Shown here in pieces: positions 28,730-39,289 of a DNA stretch of 64,000 bases. The stretch is from contig JBHYGA010000004.1 of NCBI GenBank assembly GCA_051859245.1, positions 288,001 through 352,000 on the forward strand. The letters are read 5' to 3'. Below the pieces are notes generated by a model that had not been told where the DNA came from, made no database searches, and worked only from the letters and a program-made list of their open reading frames with translations. Numbering within the stretch: position 1 is the first letter of the stretch; each line of letters begins with the position of its first letter. The stretch comes from Gemmatimonadaceae bacterium. GTDB lineage: Bacteria; Gemmatimonadota; Gemmatimonadetes; Gemmatimonadales; Gemmatimonadaceae. Both the position numbers and the translations under genes were made by a program.

Positions 28730-30190
28730 GTGCTGCTCTACACTGTCTTTCGCCCACTCGCACGTATCGCACTCGGCTGGTACTACCGATCGGTGGAAGT
28801 CGTGGGGCTGGAGCGCATTCCAGCAACGGGTCCGGTTTTTCTGGCAGGCAATCATCCAAATGCGCTCATGGACGCACTGGTGATCGGCGTGCTCGTGCCA
28901 CGCCCTGTGCGCCTGCTTGCCAAATCCACGCTGTTCAAGAATCCAGTGCTCGGCGCCATGTTGCGCGCAGCCGGCGTGATACCACTGCATCGTGCCAAAG
29001 ACCTGGCACACGCCAACGCCGGCAACATAGATCCCTCACGAAACGCCGCTTCGTTTCGTGCCGTGGCCGACGCGCTCGCCGAGGGCAGCGCCGTTGTGAT
29101 CTTTCCCGAAGGCATCAGTCACGACGCACCGCAGCTTGCACCACTGCGCACCGGTCTCGCACGCATGGCGCTTGAAGCGCGCGACGTACACGGTGTCCGT
29201 GCGATCACGATTGTACCGGTGGGACTTGTGTTCGAAGCCAAGGAAACACCGCGCTCGCGGGTGCTGCTGCAAGTCGGTGAACCGATTCAAATGGATTCAC
29301 TCACGGATCAGGCATCCGCCGTTGCCGCGCTGACCGCAGAAATCGAGCAGCGGCTACGTGCGGTCACGCTGAACTTTCGATCCACAGAAGACGCCACGCG
29401 CATGATGTCGCTGGCGCAGGCCCTGTTTGCCCTGTTCGCGCCAGTCAAACGTATTGGTGCCGAAGTCGACTCACTGGCTGATGTGGTGCAACTCGTGCAG
29501 CGCGTGAATCGCGCCGCGTCTCGCATTACCGGCGAGTTTACGGTCGTGCACGCAACGACTCCAGAAATCGAAGCCTCCGCGAGTACGCGCAGCACGGCAA
29601 CGTACCGTATTGGCTCGCGCGACGTCGCGCTCACAACACGCATGCAGGCGTTCGAAAAACGACTCTCCGCGCTCAACGCGCAGCTCGCGCGCGAGCAGCT
29701 GGCGATCGAAGACATTGCGATTGATCCGGGCAGCGCAGCCGGTACACGATTCGCGTGGCGAGAGGGTGCGCTCGCACTCATTCGCGGACCGATTGGACTA
29801 TGGGGCCGAGTGAATCACTGGGTGCCCATTGCCCTCACACGCGTGATGGCACTTCGTGGTGTGCAGAGTCTCGACCAGCCCGCCATGCGCAGTGTGGTGT
29901 TTGGTCTGGTCCTGGTGCTCGGATTCTACGCGGTACAAACCGCGCTGGTCGCGTGGCTCACCGGCGGATGGTGGGCGCTTGCATACGCGGCGTCGCTCGT
30001 GCCGTCGGCGAGCAGCGACTTCCGGTTTGGCGACCGCACGCGCCGAGCACGTGAGCGAATGCGCGCCTATTTCACGTTCAGACGCAATGCCAAGCTGCAG
30101 CGGACGCTACGCTCCGAAGCAGATTGGCTGCGCACGGAAGCGCTTGCGCTGGAGCACGCGTTACATGAGGGCGCACCGGTGGCGCCCTGA
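28730..30190 (+). CDS. Glycerol-phosphate/lysophospholipid acyltransferase with C-terminal TM region
   Basis: NHPNALMD (HxxxxD), FPEGISH. Confidence 0.9.
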   Translation: MLLYTVFRPLARIALGWYYRSVEVVGLERIPATGPVFLAGNHPNALMDALVIGVLVPRPVRLLAKSTLFKNPVLGAMLRAAGVIPLHRAKDLAHANAGNIDPSRNAASFRAVADALAEGSAVVIFPEGISHDAPQLAPLRTGLARMALEARDVHGVRAITIVPVGLVFEAKETPRSRVLLQVGEPIQMDSLTDQASAVAALTAEIEQRLRAVTLNFRSTEDATRMMSLAQALFALFAPVKRIGAEVDSLADVVQLVQRVNRAASRITGEFTVVHATTPEIEASASTRSTATYRIGSRDVALTTRMQAFEKRLSALNAQLAREQLAIEDIAIDPGSAAGTRFAWREGALALIRGPIGLWGRVNHWVPIALTRVMALRGVQSLDQPAMRSVVFGLVLVLGFYAVQTALVAWLTGGWWALAYAASLVPSASSDFRFGDRTRRARERMRAYFTFRRNAKLQRTLRSEADWLRTEALALEHALHEGAPVAP

Positions 30191-30193
30191 GGG

Positions 30194-30601
30194 TCAGCGA
30201 ATCGCGCGACGCGAAGGCGGCAAGTACGGGCCACCGAGATCCCAATGCCAGGCGGCCCGGCGAACTCCGGTGCGCGGATCCTTGAGCGGCTTGTCCTGCA
30301 ACCGATCTGCCGGTATGCCAACAAACGCACCGTACGACAGCAGCAGGTCGCGATCGGTCGACACGAGATGCGCCATGGGACGACCCATCCACACGTGAAA
30401 GTGCAGCCACATGCCGCCGTCCATGGCGTACACCATGCCGTCGGCGCGGCGCGCGAACTCCCGAAGATCAAACGTATCGCGCGCGACCACCGTTCGATCC
30501 ACAATGCCGGCGATTTCGCGGGCCTCCGGTCGAGGCGGCGGTGTGCGACCCGGTAGTGCCGGCGGCAACTCGTCATGATCGTGCGCTGATCCATTGCTCA
30601 T
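30194..30601 (-). CDS. DUF4031-like hypothetical protein
   Basis: AHLVSTD..L..G..LQ..HWDL pattern. Confidence 0.6.
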   Translation of the reverse strand: MSNGSAHDHDELPPALPGRTPPPRPEAREIAGIVDRTVVARDTFDLREFARRADGMVYAMDGGMWLHFHVWMGRPMAHLVSTDRDLLLSYGAFVGIPADRLQDKPLKDPRTGVRRAAWHWDLGGPYLPPSRRAIR

Positions 30602-30705
30602 GGCATGCAGCCAAATAGAGAACGCGCCGATCCGCAAGCGATGCTTCCGGACCCGGCGCGTTTACTGACCGATGTGTTGTGCCCGGAGCACGGGCGTTCA
30701 CTACA

Positions 30706-31101
30706 TCAGTTGCAGTGCACTACACCTTCTGTCACAGCGGGCGCCACCGGCGCGGCGCTTCCATAGTAAACCGCGCAGGTGAGCGGGTCCGCTGCGGGAT
30801 GGGTCGCCGTAGCTGACCACCCTCCGACGCTTGCCTCAGTGATCGTAAGAATCACGCCGGGAGATCCCGCAAAGGCGATATCCGCCAGCACCGTGGTATA
30901 GGTCTCGTGCGTGTAGAAGTAGTCTTCCTGCTGGCTGGACAGATTCCGCAGGTCGCTCTTCATGGACGAGGCGTAGCTTCGACCCTTGGTCTCGTTGAAC
31001 TTCGGGATCGCGATCGCGGCCAGAATGCCAATAACGACGACCACGATCAGCAACTCGATCAGCGTGAATCCGCGCCGACCTTTCAACGCGCTTGTGCCCA
31101 T
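30706..31101 (-). CDS. Type IV pilin (prepilin N-terminal cleavage/methylation)
   Basis: G|FTLIELLIVVVVIGILAAIAIP; C-terminal Cys pair. Confidence 0.93.
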   Translation of the reverse strand: MGTSALKGRRGFTLIELLIVVVVIGILAAIAIPKFNETKGRSYASSMKSDLRNLSSQQEDYFYTHETYTTVLADIAFAGSPGVILTITEASVGGWSATATHPAADPLTCAVYYGSAAPVAPAVTEGVVHCN

Positions 31102-31184
31102 CGCACCACCTCAGGGGAAAGAACCTGCCGAGTCGTGACGGTGCGATGTATGCCCCGCCCATGCCGGCTGCTGCCATGGACAAG

Positions 31185-31233
31185 AGCAAGGGCGGTGCCG
31201 CGGTGTGCGAGAACCCGTAAATCTATGATTTAC
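31185..31233 (-). promoter_or_regulatory. Sigma54 -24/-12 promoter of the pilin gene plus IHF-like site
   Basis: Minus strand CGGCAC-N5-TTGCT (31200-31185); AATCATAGATTTA inside palindrome GTAAATC-TAT-GATTTAC (31217-31233). Confidence 0.75.
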
Positions 31234-31330
31234 AATGTTTTAAAGTTTTCCACGCGTTTCACGTCTGTGATCTGAGCATCGCGAAGCCCACACGGTTCTG
31301 GCAAAACGCAAGACTGCTGCACACCTCGGC

Positions 31331-34303
31331 TCAGGCCTTGGAGGCCAGCCAATTGTCGCCAACGCCGATATCCACCACCAACGGCACGGCCAGCTGTGCA
31401 GCGCCCTCCATCTGCTCCTTGACCAGTGAGGACAGGGCGTCCACCTCGCCCGTTGGCACCTCGAAGACCAGTTCGTCGTGTACCTGGAGAAGCATGCGGG
31501 CAGCCAGCGGACCGGTAGCGAGGGCCTCGTGGATTCGCAGCATCGCAATCTTTATGAGATCGGCCGCTGAGCCCTGTATCGGCGCGTTGGCGGCGACGCG
31601 CTCGCCAAAGGCCCGCGTATTGAAGTTCCGGTCCTTGAGCTCCGGAATGAATCGACGGCGCTTGAAGATGGTCTCCACGTAGCCGCGCGCTTTGGCGTCC
31701 ACCACGCACTGCTCGAGAAACGCCTTCACACCCGCAAAGCGTTCGAAATACGTCTCGATGAACGCTTTGGCTTCTGACTGCGAAATCTTGAGCTGACGCG
31801 CGAGCGCAAATGCACCCTGCCCGTAAATCGTGGCAAAGTTGATGGTCTTGGCCCGCGCGCGCATGTCGCTGGTGACATCCGCGAGCTCCACGCCAAAGAT
31901 CACGGCAGCGGTTTGCTTGTGAATGTCACCACCGGCCAGGAACGCTTCCACAAATGCCGGATCGCCCGAGAGATGCGCAAGCAATCGCAGTTCAATCTGT
32001 GAATAGTCCGCGGCCAGCAGTTTGCATCCCTCGCGCGGCACGAAGCCTCGGCGAATGTCGCGACCGAGTTCACGCCGAATCGGAATGTTCTGCAGGTTGG
32101 GATCACTCGACGACAGTCGGCCGGTTGCCGCGACCGTTTGGTTGTACGACGTGTGCAATCGCTGATCACGCGGATGCACCAGCTTGGGCAGTGTATCGAT
32201 GTACGTGCCTTCCAGCTTGAACAGCTCGCGGTATTCCATGAGCAGCGTCGGCAACGTGTGCCCCTCCTCTGCCAGCTCCTGCAACACACTCGCATCGGTA
32301 CTCGGGCCAGTGACCGTTTTTTTCTTGACGGGCAAACCGAGTTTTTCAAAGAGAATCGTGCGCAGCTGCGGGTTGGAGTTGATGTTGAACGTCTCACCCG
32401 CCGCTTCGTAGATCTCCTGCTCCACCCGCTCACGCTCGCGCTGAAAGCGAGTTTTGAGCGACGCGAACCAGCTCAGATCAATCGCGATACCTTCCCACTC
32501 CATATCGGCCAGCACGCGCACGAGCGGCATCTCGATCTCGTCGAACAACGTCTGCATGCCCAGATCGGCGAGATTGGGCTGCAAGATGTTGTACAAACGC
32601 CACGTCACATCGACATCTTCGCACGAGTAATCGCGCGCGCTGTCCACCGGCACCACGTCCATGGTGAGTTGGTGACGCCCTTTGCCGCACAGCTGTTCGT
32701 ACGACGTCATCGTATGACCCAGATGTTCGAACGCCAGCTGATCCAGTCCGTGTGAACGACGACTCGGATCGAGGATGTAGCTGATCAGCATCGTGTCCGC
32801 ATCAAGCCCTTCCAGTGCCACACCGCTGCTGCGCAACACCAGCAGATCATACTTCGCGTTCTGCGCCAACTTCCGAACCGTCGGATCGGCAAGCAACGCG
32901 CGCAGCGGCGCCATCTCGTGGCTAGTCATCGCGGGCAAGTTTACCGGCGCACTGCCAGCCTTCGACAAACGTGCGCCCGCAATACCGGCGTCACCCGAAA
33001 GCAGTGACAGATTGCCGGCGCCGTCGTACGGTTGATGTGCGAACGGCAAATAGTACGCTTCACCGGGCGCGACCGCGATCGACAAACCCACCAACCGACA
33101 GCGCAGCGGATCCACCGCAATCGGTGCGTCAGCGTCGCGCACCGTTTCCGTATCAAACGCAATGCGTCCACTCGCGCGGGCGCGCGCGATCACATGCGCG
33201 ACACCATCGAGCGTATCGACCAGCGTGTACGTGGAGTCGGTGCGCACCGGTACACCAGACTCGCCGGTGTACATGGTGACAACCGGCGTTGCGGACGCGG
33301 CATCTGCAACGATTGCAGTACTCGTCGCACCTTCAGTGAACGGCGCCGCCGCTGCGTTATCAGACGGCGCCGTTTGCACAACACCAGGCGTTGGCAAATC
33401 GCGCAACAACGAGTTGAACTCCAGCTCCTGGTATAACAACCGCAGCGCATCGAGATTGGGCGAACTGACCGCCAGTCGCGACGGCTCAAACTGAACCGGT
33501 ACGTCGGTGCGGATCGTGACGAGTGTCTTGGACAAACGCGCGTTGTCGGCCTGCGTCTGCAACGCTTCGCGCGGACGCTTCTTGGTGATCTCGTCGACAT
33601 GCGCCAGAATACTCTCGAGCGCGCCGTACGCTTCGATCAGCTCGATCGCACCTTTCTCACCAATACCCTTGACACCCGGCACGTTGTCCGACGAGTCACC
33701 AACAAGCGCGAGATAGTCCACCACGCGTTCGGGCGGCACACCAAGCCGCTCGCTCGCGTTCTCCATGCCAACCCACTGCTCGTCAACCGCAGCGGGTCCG
33801 CCGCGTCCGGGATTGAGCAACCACACATGCGGTTGCAGCAGCTGATAAAAATCTTTGTCGCCTGAGACGATCACCACATCAAAACCGGCCTCGACGCCTT
33901 GACGCGCCAGTGTACCGATCACGTCATCGGCTTCGTATCCCTCGACAGCCAGCACCGGCACATCGTACGCGCGCAGCAGCTGCCGCACACGTTCAATGCC
34001 AGTGTCAAAATCCGCTTGCAGATCATCGGCCAGCTTTTCGCGCGTGGCTTTGTACTCGGGATACAACTCGTCGCGAAATGACGCACCTGCATCGTGCACC
34101 CACGCAAGATTCTCCGGCTTGTGCGTCACCAGCAAGCGCTTGAGAAAATTGGCAATGCCCCACGCAATCGAGGTGTTCTCACCACGACGCGTCACCAGTG
34201 GGCGATTGATCAGCGCGAAAAACGCGCGATAGATAAGTGCGTAGCCGTCCACCAGAAACAGACGTGGCGCAGACGGCAGGGTGACCTTTGTGTTGTCGGG
34301 CAC
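31331..34303 (-). CDS. polA: DNA polymerase I
   Basis: LVDGYALIYRAF, EADDVIG, TGRLSSSDPNLQNIP, ADYSQIELR, LQVHDELVFE. Confidence 0.98.
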   Translation of the reverse strand: MPDNTKVTLPSAPRLFLVDGYALIYRAFFALINRPLVTRRGENTSIAWGIANFLKRLLVTHKPENLAWVHDAGASFRDELYPEYKATREKLADDLQADFDTGIERVRQLLRAYDVPVLAVEGYEADDVIGTLARQGVEAGFDVVIVSGDKDFYQLLQPHVWLLNPGRGGPAAVDEQWVGMENASERLGVPPERVVDYLALVGDSSDNVPGVKGIGEKGAIELIEAYGALESILAHVDEITKKRPREALQTQADNARLSKTLVTIRTDVPVQFEPSRLAVSSPNLDALRLLYQELEFNSLLRDLPTPGVVQTAPSDNAAAAPFTEGATSTAIVADAASATPVVTMYTGESGVPVRTDSTYTLVDTLDGVAHVIARARASGRIAFDTETVRDADAPIAVDPLRCRLVGLSIAVAPGEAYYLPFAHQPYDGAGNLSLLSGDAGIAGARLSKAGSAPVNLPAMTSHEMAPLRALLADPTVRKLAQNAKYDLLVLRSSGVALEGLDADTMLISYILDPSRRSHGLDQLAFEHLGHTMTSYEQLCGKGRHQLTMDVVPVDSARDYSCEDVDVTWRLYNILQPNLADLGMQTLFDEIEMPLVRVLADMEWEGIAIDLSWFASLKTRFQRERERVEQEIYEAAGETFNINSNPQLRTILFEKLGLPVKKKTVTGPSTDASVLQELAEEGHTLPTLLMEYRELFKLEGTYIDTLPKLVHPRDQRLHTSYNQTVAATGRLSSSDPNLQNIPIRRELGRDIRRGFVPREGCKLLAADYSQIELRLLAHLSGDPAFVEAFLAGGDIHKQTAAVIFGVELADVTSDMRARAKTINFATIYGQGAFALARQLKISQSEAKAFIETYFERFAGVKAFLEQCVVDAKARGYVETIFKRRRFIPELKDRNFNTRAFGERVAANAPIQGSAADLIKIAMLRIHEALATGPLAARMLLQVHDELVFEVPTGEVDALSSLVKEQMEGAAQLAVPLVVDIGVGDNWLASKA

Positions 34304-34325
34304 GACAGGATGGAGCGAGCAGGAA

Positions 34326-35729
34326 TCAGGGCATCTCGGCCAGACGGCGCCGGATCGTGGCGGCCAGTTCTACGGACGCACTCGGCGACAAACGCCACCG
34401 TCCGAGACCAGTCTGGTCGAAGAATACCAGCTGGAGACGCCATTGGCGGTATTCCCACACCTGCTGCCGATTTCGCTGCGTGAGGTCGTTCGTTTGCGGA
34501 TCGAAAATATTGTCCGGATCACCCAACCCTACAAACGCCATGCCGCGGTCTGACAGCCAACCGACCGGGCCGTCATCGCGGAATCGCTGGTTGGCGAGGC
34601 GGATGCGGGCAAAATACGCGCTCAGCCCTTCGTGCTCCGATGTGCCACTGACCGGGTCGGTCGACTTGAGAAACTCTTTCCACGCCTGCGCGCGCTCGGC
34701 ACCGGTTGTCTTGGACAACTGCTCGAGCTTGTAGTCCGGGGCGAAGAAACGCAGGTACCTGATCATTTCGTCGAAGCCGGTTACTGGCAGATCGTCGCCA
34801 AGCGTGACGAGCAGCTTGGTGCGCGCCGTATCCGGTTGATCAGCCTGCGAAACCTGCAGCGTCACCACACCCACGCCAATGCTCGCGGCCGGCACCAGTA
34901 TGGTACCGCTCACCAGATCGCCCCCGCGGCCCAGCAACACGGTGGAATCAAGCCACAGCCGGGCGCCCCCTTCTCCGGTTACTTCGGTGCGCACACGCGT
35001 CGCGGTGCGGGTGCCGGCCACCTCGAGATAGACCGGAACCAGCGAGTCCACACCAAAGGTGACCGTAGCGCGCGGACGGGCCAGCAGTCGCGGCAAGGAG
35101 TCCTGCGACGAGCGGGCGATGACCTCGTACACCGGCACCGGCGACGCTAATCGACCGGCGTTAAAGCGCGGCACTTCAAGGGAGACTTCCTCGGCGCTTG
35201 AACGAGGGCTGCCATCATCGCGCAAGCCCACATTGAGCGTGTACGTGCCTGGCGCCATGCGAATGTACTGTTGCCAGATCACGCTCTCGTCGGTGCGCGA
35301 CGTTTCGCGAAAGGTGGCCACACGAACCGTTTCTTTTGCCTCGAGCTGGCGGACCAGATTCGGGCCGTTCCGGGCCTCGAGTCGGACCGTGTAGTTGCCG
35401 GCGTACTGCTCACCCTCGCGCGCAAACGCGACCAGGCGCGGCGAGAACGACAGTGAGACCATGACCAGCGTGCTGTCCGGCGATCGGTCAGGCAAAAACG
35501 CCACCCGCCCCACAAACGGGATGGCACCCCGAGCGGCAATCAGCCCCATCCCCTTGTACAGCTCGGCCACATTGACCGGTGTCAGCGTGAGCGCGTCTTC
35601 CGCTCGCGGTGCCGAAGCCGGCGCCGGCCGACCATCACTTCCCACCTGCTGTCGACTGGCGCAGGCCGAGGTCAGCGTCAGAACGCCGAGAAGGAGAGAA
35701 TGCGCGAGGACGCGTCGCTGGACAGGCAT
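34326..35729 (-). CDS. GWxTD domain-containing lipoprotein
   Basis: Lipobox TSAC; R..AN.RF..GWLSDRG..LG.PD..QVWEY. Confidence 0.85.
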   Translation of the reverse strand: MPVQRRVLAHSLLLGVLTLTSACASRQQVGSDGRPAPASAPRAEDALTLTPVNVAELYKGMGLIAARGAIPFVGRVAFLPDRSPDSTLVMVSLSFSPRLVAFAREGEQYAGNYTVRLEARNGPNLVRQLEAKETVRVATFRETSRTDESVIWQQYIRMAPGTYTLNVGLRDDGSPRSSAEEVSLEVPRFNAGRLASPVPVYEVIARSSQDSLPRLLARPRATVTFGVDSLVPVYLEVAGTRTATRVRTEVTGEGGARLWLDSTVLLGRGGDLVSGTILVPAASIGVGVVTLQVSQADQPDTARTKLLVTLGDDLPVTGFDEMIRYLRFFAPDYKLEQLSKTTGAERAQAWKEFLKSTDPVSGTSEHEGLSAYFARIRLANQRFRDDGPVGWLSDRGMAFVGLGDPDNIFDPQTNDLTQRNRQQVWEYRQWRLQLVFFDQTGLGRWRLSPSASVELAATIRRRLAEMP

Positions 35730-35913
35730 GCAGCCGGACACCGGTGAAAAGAGAGTGTCTGTCGGTAACCGGCGACGCGACACGGATCAGAATCGGATGT
35801 TGAGGGGACAGACGTCTTAATGTTACCGCTGCCAACAGCAATCTGTGCCACAAAATGTGCAGGAATCGCAGCTTTGGCTTGCTGGACAGCGCAGCGCGAG
35901 TTACGTTCGGCCC

Positions 35914-36891
35914 GTGTCCATAGAGTCATTGGTTGGTCAAACGCTCGCCGGCTATACGCTGCGCGCCAAAGTCGGCGAAGGTGGCACCTCGACGGTGTAC
36001 CGCGCTGAACATCCGCAGCACGGTACGGTGGCAGTGAAAGTGCTGCGCGAAAAACTGCGGCACGACAAAACAGCCGTACAGCGCTTTCTTCGCGAAGCGC
36101 AGTTTGGCAAGCGCGTTGAGCATCCGAACATCGTACGCACGATTGATTTCGGACAGGCGGAGAACGAGCGCTACTACCTCGCCATCGATTGGGCGGCGGG
36201 TGAGTTGCTCGAAAAGTACGCCGAAAAGAACGGTCCCCTGCCGAGCGCGGAAGTGGCCGAGATTATCCGGCAGTTGTGTGCCGCCGTGCAGGCCGCGCAC
36301 GACGCGGGCATTGTGCATCGCGATCTCAAGCCCGAGAACGTGATGTATGACCCCACGTCACATCACGTCATGCTGCTCGATTTCGGCATCGCGGCCGACA
36401 CCGACGCGTCGCCCGACCAGCGCCTCACGCGCGCCGGATTTTTCGTAGGCACGCTCATGTACGTGGCGCCGGAAGCGCTGTCGGGCGAACTCGTTGGTCC
36501 CGCCGCCGATCAGTACTCGCTGGCGACCATCGCGTATTTCCTGCTCACCGGCGCGCTGCCCTACGTGGGCAAAACGCCGCGTGAACTGTTCTCGCAGCTG
36601 CTCACACAGCCACCCACAGCGTTGAGCAGTGCCAAACCAGGGCTGCAGTTTCCGCAGACGGTGGAAACGGTGGTCATGAAGGCGTTGGCCAAGGCGCCCA
36701 AGGACCGCTATCCGGGCGTCACGCAGTTCGCGGCCGCACTTGCCGATGCCGTCGCCAATCCCGGCGCGATGGTCGCGGCCCCGGCACCTGCCACGCCAAC
36801 GCCCAGCGCGGCCCCGGTGGCCGCGCCGCCTGGAGACGACGAAAAATCAGGTGGCCTGTTCGGCAAGATGAAAGGGCTGTTCAAACGCTGA
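35914..36891 (+). CDS. Hanks-type Ser/Thr protein kinase (no TM segment); start may be 35845
   Basis: GEGG..VY, VAVK, HRDLKPEN, DFG, GT..YVAPE. Confidence 0.93.
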   Translation: MSIESLVGQTLAGYTLRAKVGEGGTSTVYRAEHPQHGTVAVKVLREKLRHDKTAVQRFLREAQFGKRVEHPNIVRTIDFGQAENERYYLAIDWAAGELLEKYAEKNGPLPSAEVAEIIRQLCAAVQAAHDAGIVHRDLKPENVMYDPTSHHVMLLDFGIAADTDASPDQRLTRAGFFVGTLMYVAPEALSGELVGPAADQYSLATIAYFLLTGALPYVGKTPRELFSQLLTQPPTALSSAKPGLQFPQTVETVVMKALAKAPKDRYPGVTQFAAALADAVANPGAMVAAPAPATPTPSAAPVAAPPGDDEKSGGLFGKMKGLFKR

Positions 36892-37481
36892 TGACGGTGG
36901 CTGACCTGTCTCTCGCTCGCGAACAACTGCTTCAGCTGCTGGCCGACCGTTCTGCAAAAACTGGCGATTTCGTGCTGGCCTCCGGCCGCCGAAGCACGTT
37001 GTACGTAGACTGCCGCCTGACCACGATGAGCCCCGAAGGCCAGCGACTGCTCGGGGTGCTGGGGCTGGCATTGCTGCGCGACGCCGGATGGGTTGCCGAC
37101 GCAGTCGGTGGGCTCACACTAGGCGCCGACCCGATCGCCTACGCCATGGCGCACGCCAGTTCGTTCGCCAATGAACGAGGTGAGGGGCCATTGGTTCGCG
37201 CCTTTACGGTGCGGAAACAGCCCAAGCAACACGGCACAGGCAAACGCGTAGAAGGCCCGTTCGTGGCCGGCGACCACGTGGTGGTGGTGGAAGACGTGAT
37301 CACCACTGGTGGCTCGGCGCTGACTGCGGTGGAAGCCGTGCGCGCGGAGGGCGGTGTGGTGCTGGGTGTGCTGGCCGTGGTCGACCGCGAAGAGGGTGGT
37401 CGAGAGGCGCTGGAGGCCGCGGGGCTTCAGGTCCGCAGCCTGGCCACGGCTTCTGAGCTGGTGGCGCGACTGGCCCGATAG
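36891..37481 (+). CDS. pyrE: Orotate phosphoribosyltransferase
   Basis: GDFVLASG..S..YVD, GLTLGADP, VRKQPK.HG, VVEDVITTGGS. Confidence 0.95.
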   Translation: MTVADLSLAREQLLQLLADRSAKTGDFVLASGRRSTLYVDCRLTTMSPEGQRLLGVLGLALLRDAGWVADAVGGLTLGADPIAYAMAHASSFANERGEGPLVRAFTVRKQPKQHGTGKRVEGPFVAGDHVVVVEDVITTGGSALTAVEAVRAEGGVVLGVLAVVDREEGGREALEAAGLQVRSLATASELVARLAR

Positions 37482-37552
37482 TCGTCATTCCGGGAACGCC
37501 GGCGCGTCACCGTGAGTGCTCACCGTGACACGCGGCCACAGCCTGGATTGCC

Positions 37553-39289
37553 GTGACCACCCCTTCAGTCCTTCCGTTTTCCGCGACGGCCGCCGCGCTC
37601 GCCCTCGATGAAGAGCGCGCGAAAGATCTGAACACATTCCGCGTGGCCGAACGCCGGCGCACCTGGAGCACGATTCTTGTGGCCACGATGCTCATCGTTG
37701 GCGTGCAAGTCGGGCTCGTGGACGTGCCAGTGTGGATCATGATCGTGGCGTTTGTGGTGTCGGTGTCATGCAACTGGGGCTTGAGCGCCTTTGCGCTCAA
37801 CGAACAACGCTATCGCTGGTGGTTCCGCTATCTGTTCGCCGCGTTCGACACGATGCTGATCAGTTTGCTCGTCACCATTTTTGGCGCGCCAGTGCTCGCC
37901 ATTTTGTATTTGCTGGCGATCGTGCCGTACTCGTTTGATCGCGGGCGGGCGCTCGGATTTGTGGTTCTGGCCTGCTCCGAAGTGGGCTTCATTGCCGGCA
38001 GTATTTTGCACGCGCAGCTGTTTCCGGAGAGTGCCCCGCCCGTTGCGCAGGTGGCGTTGGCCGCGATTCTGCTCGGTGTTGTGTCCCAACAGATCGTGCC
38101 CATTCCCACCAAACTCATTCGTCGATTGCGCCGCACACGTGAGCGCATGTTCATGGTGGAATCGGGCGACCTCACCGCGCGCGCCGACGCGCGACACACC
38201 GACGAACTCGGCTTTCTCGAGCGCAGCTACAACGCGATGCTCGATGAAGTCACGCGCCTGATCGCATCTGTGCAACAGGAAAGTGATGAACTCGCCGCCG
38301 TGGCCGCGCAGCTTGGTGGTGCGTCTACGGTGTTGCAGTCGCGGGCGCGCGACGCACATCGTGGTGTGCAGGCGTTGCAAGACGAACTCGGCGCACAGCG
38401 CGTGAGTGTGGCCGACGGCGCACGTTCCAGCCGATCGGCGCGTGAAGCCGCTGTGCTCGCCGTCGCACGGGCTGATCAAACGGCGCAGGACGCACGCGCG
38501 ATGGACGTGGCTACCGTGGCCAGTCGCAACGCGATTGAACGTGCCGCGCAAACGCTGGTGCAGGTGGGTGACGGCGTGCAGGAAGCCGCAACGCAAGTGA
38601 GTGCGCTGGTGCCCGCATCGGAACGTGTGGGTGAGTTCGTGACCACCGTTTCACGCATTGCACGTCAGACCAACCTGCTCGCATTGAACGCCGCCATTGA
38701 AGCCTCACGCGCTGGTGAACACGGGCTTGGCTTTGCGGTCGTGGCCGAAGAGATTCGCAAACTTGCCGGCGAAAGTGCGCGTGCGGCCAAGGCAATTGCG
38801 GTGACGGTGCAGGGTGTGCGCGAAGAAATTGCGAGCACGGTGGCCACCATGGACGCTACCGCGCGCGAAGTGCACGGCGTGGGCGGGATTGCCAACGAAG
38901 CCCGTGGTGCACTCGACGCGATTCTCGCCGACATTTCGCGCATTGCCACGCACGCCGACGATGCGGCGCGCCTGTCCCGAGCGCAGGCCGATGCCGCCAG
39001 CGCCGTTGACGCGGCGTTTCAGAATGTCGACGATCGTGCCGGACGCGCGGTGGCCGATGCGCAGCACGCCACCGCCGCGGTTGTGGCGCAAGGCGGCGCA
39101 CTGGATGATCTCGCACGAAGCGCGGCGACACTTACCGAAACCGCCAATCGTTTGCGTCACGCCGTGGCGCGTGTGTCGAGTGGGGCGTCGAGTAGCAAAA
39201 CGAGTTCGATCAATACCGCTGCAGACACCGCGTCGCGCACACGCGCGGCTACCGCACAACCGACGAGTCGCCGACCGGTTGCGGCGTAA
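37553..39289 (+). CDS. Methyl-accepting chemotaxis protein with multi-TM sensor
   Basis: [41 protein letters not shown]-like DELG. Confidence 0.92.
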   Translation: MTTPSVLPFSATAAALALDEERAKDLNTFRVAERRRTWSTILVATMLIVGVQVGLVDVPVWIMIVAFVVSVSCNWGLSAFALNEQRYRWWFRYLFAAFDTMLISLLVTIFGAPVLAILYLLAIVPYSFDRGRALGFVVLACSEVGFIAGSILHAQLFPESAPPVAQVALAAILLGVVSQQIVPIPTKLIRRLRRTRERMFMVESGDLTARADARHTDELGFLERSYNAMLDEVTRLIASVQQESDELAAVAAQLGGASTVLQSRARDAHRGVQALQDELGAQRVSVADGARSSRSAREAAVLAVARADQTAQDARAMDVATVASRNAIERAAQTLVQVGDGVQEAATQVSALVPASERVGEFVTTVSRIARQTNLLALNAAIEASRAGEHGLGFAVVAEEIRKLAGESARAAKAIAVTVQGVREEIASTVATMDATAREVHGVGGIANEARGALDAILADISRIATHADDAARLSRAQADAASAVDAAFQNVDDRAGRAVADAQHATAAVVAQGGALDDLARSAATLTETANRLRHAVARVSSGASSSKTSSINTAADTASRTRAATAQPTSRRPVAA

